From: Toensbergia leucococca
Lineage: Eukaryota
Direction of reading: 5' to 3'
Assembly (NCBI GenBank): GCA_022813965.1
Contig: JALDZS010000231.1
Location: 1 to 34,287 of the forward strand
DNA length: 34,287 nt
Numbering within the stretch: the stretch's first letter is position 1; every line of letters begins with the position of its first letter. The notes beneath the pieces were generated by a model, which saw only the letters and a program-made list of their open reading frames with translations, did not search any database and was not told the DNA's origin. The translations under genes were made by a program, and so were the position numbers. Shown one piece after another: positions 20,158 to 30,199 of this stretch.

Positions 20158-22864
20158 TCAAACTTCCTTAATAAATCCCACTTCCACAATCCGATCAACA
20201 GGTACATTCAAACTAGCCATTTTACTCCTCGTGTTATCCCGGATGAAGAGAAACAATTCTAAAAGCACACGTCTCCAAATCGATGTAGTGGAGCGGATAC
20301 GCATCTGTTCTTTGCCCATGATGTAGACGACTTGACTGTCGTATGCTTGCTGCAAGTCTGATAGACGGGCGGCAACAGTATCGTCAATGGACGGGGATGA
20401 GAATTCGGAAGACGACGACGTTGAGGAGGTGAGAGGGTTGGATGGGACGGCATTCTTGTTGTCATCGTTAGCTACCGGGTCGGGCCGAGTGATGGCTAGG
20501 ATCGGGATCGAGCGTATGGTATCTCGGATGGTAAAGTTCCTAATCTGTTCAAAGATCAGCATGGCTAGGTCTTCGGTGATGACCTCGTCCATGTAGCCGT
20601 GGCGAATGGTGATGCGGAAGACGTTGGGAATGGTGGTCCGGGAGACGGAGTAACGGTCTTCGGGAACAACGGTCGGAGTGGAGAGGGGACGGACGTGGAA
20701 GAAGACGCTGACGGCGGGGGTGGCGGTAAATTTGGAAAGGAATTGGATGAAGACTGTGGGGGTCATGTTGCCGACTTTGTCGAAGAAGATGCCGAACCCT
20801 AGGAAGAAGGTGGATTAGATTTGTGGAGAAAGAGGATGAATGGAAGTAAATGAGTACCTTTGATGGTAGTGACCGCACCACCACCAAAGCTATGACCTAA
20901 ATGAAGTTTACCGTCCTCATCTTTGACGACCAGGTGAGATGGCTGGAAGCGATCTTCGGCTTCGGCTTTCCACTGCTGCTCCTTACCGAAACGCCAGAGG
21001 ATGAAGACACTCGAAAGAATGCAGGCAAGGACCAAGGTGAACCAGGCACCATCGGGTACTTTGGTTAAAGCCGAAGATAGGTAGACGCCGTCAAGTGATC
21101 CAAAAACTAGGAAAAGGAAGAGAACGATAATGGGGTTGATACGCCAGATGATGAGTGCAACAAGGGTGACCATGCATGTTGTGATGAATGTGACAAGCAC
21201 GACACACACCCCGTAAGCGTCTCCAAGCCGAGTCGTCTAAAAGATGATAAAGGGTTAGATATCGTTAGACAGACTCGAACAGAACGGATATACCCACATT
21301 ATGATAGACTCCAGTGACAATGACAGTTCCAATCATCAAAAGCCAATTGGCAAAAGGAATGTAAATCTGCCCGTGGAAAATCTTGGACGTATGTATTATT
21401 TTGATATGTGGAAAGTATGAAAGTTTCATAATTTGTGAAAGAAGCTGCTGTAGCGTCAGCTCAATGACTTCTGCATCCCGAAAAATAGTCTTAATACCTG
21501 AAAAGTCGAAGTTATCATAGCTTGAGATGCCACAATGGCGGCCAGAATCGAGATGACTAGCCCTGGATAGAACATACCCGGCGGAAGACAGTTGAAGAAC
21601 GGATTGGAGTAAGCGCTTGGGATGTCGCTAATATAAGCTGCTTGTCCAATGTATGCCAAGAGAAGGCAAGGGAAGCAAAAGCACATCCAGCTCAATTGTA
21701 TAGCAGAAATACTAAAGGCTCCCAAATCCGCGAACATGGCCTCGACACCTGTAAAGGCAAGTAAAATTCCTCCAAGCGACTTCCAACCATCGGTTCCATT
21801 GCGAACAAGGTAATTACCAGCAAAGTAGGGGGAAAATGCTTTCAAAACGGTATGATCATGCTCGATAAGATTGTAGATCCCAAAGGCAAAATTAAACGAG
21901 AGCCAGACAATGACAATGGGGGCAAATGCGCTGGCCAATCTCGATGTTCCTAATGGCTGAACTAGGAACAAAAGTACAAGTATTCCGCAGGAAATGCCAA
22001 TGATTGTGCCGGTCGAAATATCTGGTTTCACCACTTCGAGTCCTTGGATGGCCCCTAAGACTGACTGAGCTGGTGTGAGAACACCGTCCGACATTACCAA
22101 AGATACTCCCACAACCCCTATGACTTTTAGGATCATTTGTAGGACCTTGCTGTGTTCGATACCATACCGTACTTTGCGTCCGGATGTGTTGAGATCCGAG
22201 GAAACATGTCGTTTCATCTCGATCATTGACATCTCTGTTGGATCGCGTTGAACAATATTGGCCTATAGTTGTCAGCGCTAGGAACTGCTCTCTTAAGCAA
22301 TACTTTGATAACATACATATTTAGATAATAATGAGTATAGTGCAAAGGTCCCCCCCTCGCCTTCATCGTTGGCTCGAAGCACGATGAAAACGTACTTGAC
22401 GCTCACCATTAAGGTGAGTGTCCATATTATAAGGGACAGAGCTCCGAGTAAATCGTCGTAGGAAGGCGCAGAAGAAAAGGTGGAGGAGTAGACGTAGAGA
22501 GGACTGGTTCCTATGTCGCCGTATATGACTCCGACAGACTGATACGCAAGCCTACAAATATTAACATTCTTCCTATACCGTACTATTCAGCAAAGTATCA
22601 TACCAGAATAGAACCCAGCCTCCAAACTCCTGTACTCTTGTGAGCACGTAAAGGCGATAGAAGGTAGGTTATGGAAAGACCAACTTGTTTCCGTTTTATG
22701 TCTCTCTCATCGTGCTTGTAATCTTCCAACCCCTCGACATCGACATCTTTCGCACTTGGCTTTTGGTCAATGCTATTGGGTCGAGAGAGACGGGTTGAGT
22801 ATACACCACCACCATTCGACCTCACAGGATGGATTGTATCCGGCGAAAATTGAATGGTCGACAT
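20158..22864 (-). CDS. HAK1: KUP/HAK/KT family potassium transporter
   Basis: Multi-exon model with [86 protein letters not shown] and C-terminal VEVGFIKEV. Confidence 0.94.
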
Positions 22865-23766
22865 TGGCCGTCTTGCGACAATCTATGCAAGCAAAATGCA
22901 GCTGCAAGATGGGTACTCCGTACTTGGGTCGGGAAATAAGAGAATGCGCAAAGGTGCAGAAGATGCACAGGTCGGAGAATAGATATACAAATGGATGAGC
23001 CAATTGAGTTGATGGCAGTGAATGATCCTGTTACCCCACTTAAGGTATTTGCTTAGCCACGCCATCATGACCCAAATCAACGTGAAGATGAAACCCGCAG
23101 ATCAAAATGATAATGGAGAAAATGCCGCATTCTGTCATTAATCCCTCAACCTCCTCATCTTACACCGCATGTGGCAGACAAATAGTGGTGATAGAAATTC
23201 CGCAAGCGGCAGACTAACGACTCTCGTGTCACTCGAATCCCCAATTACGTCCTCAATGCCACACATCTCTCCAACCATGAAAACAAAAAAGTGGTCGCAC
23301 TTCTGCTGATCGAAATGTGGATCCGGAAAAGGCATATTGAAAAAAAGTGGAGTCGGAGATTGATTTGCATGAGGAAAAAAGCAACCACTTTATCTGCAAA
23401 CAGTGCACCTGGTAATCAAGTCGTGAAGCCGGACAAATCTTGGAGTTGCAAGGACCACGTGCGTAGACAAAGGAACCGAGAAATTGGAACCGAGTGCAAG
23501 AGAGCCAAGTGTTCCACGAAAACAATGATGCGGGATAGTGAGATAAGCCATGACCCACATCAAACGAGGACGACACAGGTCACTATTAGTCGATACTCAA
23601 TACTTACTCGTATGTACATTGATATTTTGTACATGAAAGATGCCCCCATGCAATGCCTTCAATCCCAGAACTCCACTTTGATACAATGCTGCTAAAAACG
23701 CATCTCCACCTCGAAATTCTCGGCCAATGTAGTGGCTATCATCCCACGTCGATAACAGGACCCGAG

Positions 23767-24294
23767 TCATCCTTGTCGTTGTTTGTGTTTGGGATTCTTA
23801 GAGCAGATGATGTAGACATAGCCTTTCCTGCGGACGCTCTGTGTGCATACTAGGATTAGCATTTTGTTTCCAACATGTCGAAATCGCCAGGCTCTTGAAA
23901 AGTCGACGCAATGGGTGGTGTAGAAGCAATAAAGCGCAAAGAAAGACTCCAACAGCCTCAATGTACATGTCAATGCTTGGCATACCTTACACCCATCACA
24001 CAACTTCTTTACACTACTCCTAACCTTCATCCCTCTCGCCTCCTCCATTGCCTCACTCCTTATTGAATCAAGCCCAGGTCTCTTGCTAAGACTGGCAATC
24101 ATCTTTCCCCATCCTTGCCATTTTGAGCTTTGCCGCGAAGGCAGTCGAAAGTAGGCGCTGTGGGTTAATTGAGTCATTGTCCTCTCGATGCATCGTAATG
24201 AGAACAGGCATTGTGGTTTACGAAACAGTGACATTGCCCTAGGGACCAGTCGTCGTGGAAGCAAGGCTGGTAGGGCGACGGAGATGAGTGGCAT
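23767..24294 (-). CDS. RTC6: Mitochondrial ribosomal protein bL36m with long basic presequence
   Basis: RGMKVRSSVKKLCDGCK / intron 23839-23985 / SVRRKGYVYIICSKNPKHKQRQG is the L36 signature. The first in-frame ATG is at 24294; the true start is uncertain. Confidence 0.92.
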   Translation of the reverse strand: MPLISVALPALLPRRLVPRAMSLFRKPQCLFSLRCIERTMTQLTHSAYFRLPSRQSSKWQGWGKMIASLSKRPGLDSIRSEAMEEARGMKVRSSVKKLCDGCKVCQALTCTLRLLESFFALYCFYTTHCVDFSRAWRFRHVGNKMLILVCTQSVRRKGYVYIICSKNPKHKQRQG

Positions 24295-24493
24295 GATTGC
24301 GAATGTGAGAATGATATTCAAATCGATCGAAGGTAGATGTTTTCGAGGTGACAGCGTGCATGCGATGTTGTCCGAGTTCGCGAGGGAGAGACTTAAGAGT
24401 TGATGACACTCGATTGCTAGTGAATCCGCCGTTTCAGTCCTCAGACTTTTGGAAATATACTAGCGTGAAATACAATACGAACCCTAGTTTGCT

Positions 24494-24521
24494 TGAGAAC
24501 TGAGAATTGAGAACTGAGAAT
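24494..24521. repeat. 7-bp tandem repeat (tgagaaY)x4
   Basis: tgagaac tgagaat tgagaac tgagaat seen directly. Confidence 0.9.
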
Positions 24522-24546
24522 GGGCAATATTCTAAGGCTACTGATA

Positions 24547-25080
24547 ATCTTGTGCCCGGGCGCAAGATCACGGAGGGAGAAAACTCACAATTTCACACCA
24601 CATTTGCACCTCATTCTCAACCACTATATAACCCATATGCTCATTCTATTCGCGTGCCATCTAAAAGTCAGATTACCTAGGGAATTATCATGGTTCCGCA
24701 CCTGATTCTGAGTTGATTCCCCTCCACACCCGGGCGCAAAACCATCGCAATTTTGCAATCTACATCCGGAATGCTGTAAACAGCCCCCCATCCACCTGAA
24801 TAGCACGATCCTCCACCTCATCAGCCCCCATACCAGCCGTCATACCAGCCCCCATAACAGCCCCCAAACCTCGCCCCCTGCCCCGCTCTCGAAGGTAGAA
24901 AATTGGGTTGACATGAGGTAGGAAACCACGAAGATTCCCTAGGTAAAGCTTGCTACTAAATGGCATGCAATTGAGGAGGTTGATGGCATGCAAAAGAGGT
25001 TGAGAATCAGGTGCAAATGTGGTGCGACATCATGATGATTTCCTACCTACCTATGCTACATCGCGCTCGGGGCGCACTAT
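24547..25080. mobile_element. Non-coding foldback/MITE-like element with about 160-bp imperfect inverted arms
   Basis: 24596-24622 matches the reverse complement of 24998-25024 at 26/27. ttacctagggaat (about 24673) pairs with attccctaggtaa (about 24934). Weaker colinear similarity spans about 24550-24710 versus 24905-25080. Confidence 0.65.
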
Positions 25081-25402
25081 TGCCTAGTTGGGTAATGGTA
25101 GGGGGGGTGTCGGAATATCGAAATGGGGTGTAGGAACATTACAAGCCTAAAAGAAATATAAGATTTTGATTAATTAGGGAAACCAAGATCCTGTAATCCA
25201 AAATGGCATAGAATCCTAGAATCTAAACCACAAGATCCTTTAGATTAGCATGCAAAATGCCACCTATAAGTACCTATCTAGAAACCGCAGTCCAACCCAG
25301 TCCAATGCCAAATCAATCTTGGATATGATTAGAAAAACCCGTCATCCATTAAATCGCTCGCCATCTTCCGGATATACCAGCTTCACAAAACAAGCCTGCT
25401 CT

Positions 25403-26532
25403 TTAGACAGTAGCCCTTTCGCTCTTGCGCTTCTCTTGGCCGACCTTTGACCACGGAAAATGAACTACGGGGAGGACGAAGAAGCTGAGGTTGGTGTTAG
25501 CGTCGCGGCTAGAAGGGGGACATCTTTTGGAAAGGGAAAGGGGAAAAGGGGGAAGTTCGCACCTGTTCGAGTCGTCCGCAATACCAGCCAGTGCATTGTA
25601 CCAAGCCATGAACGCAGCTAGGAGAGCGAAAAAGCCGCCTGCTTTGATGATGGGTGGATTGGGGGCTCCGGCTGCGTTACGCTGTAGGTAGCCGATTCCA
25701 AGAAGGAGAAATGCTAGGTCGAGGAAGAAGAAGAGAGAAAAGAAGGCAAGTGTTGAGCGGAGCGTGCATAAGAGGAGGATGGTGGTAAATATGAACCAAC
25801 CCTGTGAATGTGTGAGATAATGTTAGTCGCCTCTGACAAATGTTTCATAGTGTCTTACGGGGAAGTGGGGAACGTACCATCAGGAAGAAACCAAATGAAT
25901 CAAGGAATGCGGCTGGACTTCCGCCGTCAGTCGCATCGAGACTAGCTTCAATTTGAAAGCCACCTGGAGTGAGGATGATGGCGAAGGCGATCCAGAAACC
26001 ACCGTAGGAGGATAAAGCAGTAGCACCGAAAGTGTTCCCAACAGCCATTTCCCTGAACCTTTAGTTATGACTCTTAATTAGAGCTACTCAATGGAAAGAC
26101 CTACCACATGCCAGCGAGCAGCTGGACTAAGCCACCATAGCCAAATGCAATACCAACAACAATGTTCGGCGCAGCCACACCCCTCGTTCCCATATTGATC
26201 AAACCCAGCACGAAGGTCGTCAAGGCAAAGGCACTCAATCCCAATGGGGCAGGATTCGCAAATTTCCGATCTTTGACAGCTCTGTAGCTACCAGGTTGGA
26301 ACTCGCCGCCAAATGCAGGCAAGCGGTCGGTATCGTCAGTGGAGATGTGGGCGAGAGGACCATAGCCGAAACGAGCGGCGGCGCGGGCGGTTTGGTGCTC
26401 TTCGTGGGTCATTTGGCGGTTGGAGCCGTTGGTAGAGCTATTGTAGTCTGTGTTGGCACCGTATTCTTTGTTGGCGCCGTCGAGTTGGTCGTTGGCGCTG
26501 ACGCCGTTACTGGTGGCAGTATTCGTAGCCAT
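25403..26532 (-). CDS. ADY2: GPR1/FUN34/YaaH family acetate transporter (Ady2/AcpA-like)
   Basis: Introns 26053-26104, 25802-25877 and 25485-25562. Signatures PAFGGEFQPG, FANPAPLGLSAFALTTF, YGGLVQLLAGMWE, GNTFGATALSSYGGFW and AWYNALAG. Confidence 0.93.
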
Positions 26533-26584
26533 TGAGTCTATTATACAGCTATTGTGCACTAAGTGCTATGTCTGGGGTCGTTGA

Positions 26585-26615
26585 AAGTCGAAGTCGAAGT
26601 CGAAGTCGAAGTCGA
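26585..26615. repeat. (aagtcg)x5 hexanucleotide repeat in the probable 5' leader of the acetate transporter
   Basis: aagtcgaagtcgaagtcgaagtcgaagtcga seen directly, 50-85 bp upstream of the ATG. Confidence 0.9.
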
Positions 26616-27991
26616 ATGTCTACCCAAGGTTACAACGCTATCGAGATGGAGGAAGTGTGGGTTTTAATTAAATAAATGACACTCACAGCGGAGGAACGGA
26701 TCGAGGATGAATGAAGGCTGCTTCATCTGCTTGTGTGATTGGCTTGGGGTTTGCGGCTAAGAGCGCCGGCAGTGTGGGCGAGAGGTTTGATTGGTGGCCT
26801 GTGCTGATTGCTTCTTGTGGGGGTGATGATGTAGGTAGAGTAGCTTCGTCGCACTACAGGCTCATAGCTTTGGGGTCTCCGCGGGTGGTCCCATGGCCAT
26901 AGTACGGATAGTCTCCGTAGTGAGTCCCTCGGTCATGGTCGCTGCCATGCTGAAGGAGATCGTGACAGTGAAGTCGGCAAGTCGTACATTGTTTTCGTCG
27001 CAGAAGATGCAACGTGCCTCGTTGCACTGATGAACTCAAGTGCGTTAGATTAGGTAGCCTTTGGATTATGAGACTAGCTAGAATAAGGTTAGGTAAAATA
27101 GGCAGCTGCAGGTGATGTCGACATTTGTGGGGAATCCCGCCCGACTCCTTCAAAGGAACAAAACCTGGGGAAAGGGGAAATTAGATTGGCCACACAAATG
27201 CCTCTTGATCAGAGACTAGATTTCCATCATGAACCATCGAATAGGTAAGACTTTCAAGCCACATTCTAAAGTACAAGTCACGCGGCCTGTCCAGTCTCCC
27301 AGTGTCCAACCCCTCAGCTAAACATGGGGCCATGCATCCGTTGATTTGTAATTGCGGCCCACGAATTATTCTATTCTAATAAGACTAGACCACCCATCCA
27401 TGATCGAAGCAGCAGGGATCCTTCCGGATATCCGGCCGCCGGTAATTTGCAGCATAGCAAACCGCGGGCCCCATTCTGAAAGACCATACGAGTCATTATT
27501 CGCGCCTCCCGACTTAAAATTTGCTGTGCATAGATAGGATGTGTGAGACCCGTCTCACAAAGGCTGTTGGACGAGGCCGTGCGCCTGTTTCTTCATTAGA
27601 ATATCAAAGCCAACGCTCGGCTACTCTGTCTGTTTCCCCTCTTCGCCTGAATGATTGAATGGTATGAATCGTAGATGCATACAAATCCCTTGGACAGAAA
27701 AGCAAATTCTGTGTCATGAACTGAAGGAAGATGAAGAGAAGGCAAGATGCACTAAATCTTATAGTATGATTCACTGTAGTCAAGCATACCAGTCAACTAG
27801 TGGCTCTAGACGATCGTCCATCCACTGCAATCTGATAGATTGAGATAGGGTAGGCGTTGAAGCCAAGTGATTCATTCAACAATAGGTTGAAGTGAAGGGC
27901 CAATTGCCAAACAGTGACATTGCTGTCCGTCTCGCTTAGCATCATCTAGACATCTTCCACACAAACCTGACAGCATCGAGCTTGATCAAAC

Positions 27992-29916
27992 ATGGCAGAA
28001 GAATCGAAGGAGATCGATGACAAGGTCCAGCACGAAACCATTGAAGAGATTTTTGACCCGCAAGAAAACCCTGCTAGTAACAATGAAGAAGCAGATGAGG
28101 ATGAGCCGCCAGACAGTACTAGTGCCGACACTGTAGCCTTGGCTGCCGTTGCGAAGAAGAAAAAATCCAAAAAGGCCAAGCTCAAGAAGGCCCTAGGTGT
28201 AGGTCGAGGTGAAAATGGGGACTCAGATGGCGCGGGAAGCTCATCGAATCCCGCCAGTAAACTGACTGCTGGTATGGTGGAGCAACTGCTAGAGATGAAC
28301 CCGAGTTTGCGGAGCGAGGTAGCAGACATGGACAAAGAAAAGGCTGCTGAGACCTTGAAGAAATTGGACGTGGCTGATCTGTTAACTGGCATGGTGCGTT
28401 GATTCGCTAGGTATTGAATTGGAACTAATGCGTGCAGTCTGTGAGTGGGAAGAACCAGAAAGATATGGCATCATACAAGTTCTGGCAGACACAGCCCGTA
28501 CCTCGATTCGGTCAGTGCTTACAAAATTTCGCATGCCATGTCTTTCGCTGAATCTGTGTAGATGAGGCTCAGAAATTCGAAGAGGGGCCAATTAAAATGA
28601 TCGACCCAGAGCAAGTCCCAAAGGAGCCACGGCCACTGTATGAAGGCTTCGAATGGGTCACTATGGATCTGACCGACGAAAAAGAGGTAATTCAAGTCAG
28701 CATTGTTAAGAATTTAACAAGACTAATCAATATCTAGCTGGAAGAGGTGTTTGAGTTACTGAATGGGCATTATGTAGAAGACACCGAAGCCATGTTCCGA
28801 TTAAACTACTCGGTATCCTTTTTGAACTGGTATGTGGGCATCTGAACCTTTCAAGGTCATCTGGATCGACTAATCGATTTAGGGCACTCAAGTCCCCTGG
28901 ATGGCGTAAAGAGTGGCATGTTGGAGTCCGTGCAAGTAAATCTCGCAAGCTTGTTGCTTTTATATCTGGTGTTCCTGTTGCCCTTCGAGTTCGATCTAAG
29001 ACTCTCAAGGGCACTGAGATCAATTTTCTCTGCGTCCATAAAAAGCTTCGCTCTAAGCGTCTTGCACCTGTCCTCATTCAAGAGATAACGCGTCGATCCT
29101 ACGCCCTTGGCATTTTTCAGGCCATCTATACAGGCGGTATTGTTCTTCCGAAACCTGTTAGCTCGTGCAGGTATTTTCACCGGAGTCTAGACTGGCTAAA
29201 GCTTTACGAAGTTGGCTTTTCCCCTCTCCCAGCAAATTCAACAAAAGCCCGCCAAATTACAAGAAATCATCTTCCAAGCTCAACTGCTACAGCTGGCCTT
29301 AGGCCAATGCAGCACAAGGACATCGATTCTGTTCAGGACCTCCTTTCAAGGTATCTCAAACGGTTTGATATGGCTCCTGAGTATAGTAGAGAGGAAGTGG
29401 ATCATTGGCTACTTCATGATGAAAAGTCTTCGCCAGAGCAGGTCATATGGTCTTATGTTGTGGAGGATTCAAGTACCCATAAGATTACAGACTTTTTCTC
29501 GTTTTACTGTCTTGAATCTACTGTCATTGGCAACCCGAAGCATGATAGTGTGCGGACCGCGTATCTTTTCTACTATGCTACAGAAAAGGCATTTGAAGAG
29601 ATGGAAAAGGGACTAAAGGAGAGGCTAAACACACTCATGACGGACGCCTTGATATTAGCTAAGAAGGTAGGACATCCGTTACATCAGGCTGAATGCGTGC
29701 TAATCTCTTGGTACATAGTTCAACTTTGATGTATTCAATGCGGTGACTCTTCTGGATAACCCGTTATTTCTGGAGTCGTTGAAGTTTGGGGCGGGAGACG
29801 GTCAGTTGCACTACTACCTTTATAACTACCGAACTTTGCCAATTGCAGGAGGCGTGGATGGGAAGAATAATGTGGACGAAAAGAGTCGAGGGGGTGTGGG
29901 TGTGGTGATGCTTTGA
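27992..29916 (+). CDS. NMT1: Glycylpeptide N-tetradecanoyltransferase (N-myristoyltransferase)
   Basis: Six-exon model with [66 protein letters not shown] and C-terminal GVGVVML, stop TGA 29914-29916. Confidence 0.96.
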
Positions 29917-30199
29917 ATCTGTCGAGTACTAATTGTTAAATCAAATCCTGTGTGCATGTTTCCAATTGTTTAGAATCAGAAGCTACATGGTCAAATTGAC
30001 CCTCGAAGTCAACAGGCTGTTCACGTAGGTATTCTTTAAACGGCGTACTCTACATGTTGGGTTGTTTCTACTCCAACATCATAATTCAGAACCCTAAATC
30101 TCAATCTAGATATTCATAGGGCTGAAAAAAGATTTAGCCGAGCTCTTCAAACTCCATCAGAAAACTCCGGTTGTTGCATATGTTATAGATCAAGTCGAT

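Noticed and set aside
22773..23080. Upstream ORFs overlapping the K+ transporter start
   Set aside because: The transcription start is unknown, so they cannot be placed in the mRNA leader.
24483..25089. cctagtt direct repeat as the target-site duplication of the foldback element
   Set aside because: Placed asymmetrically relative to the inverted arms, and 7 bp can occur by chance.
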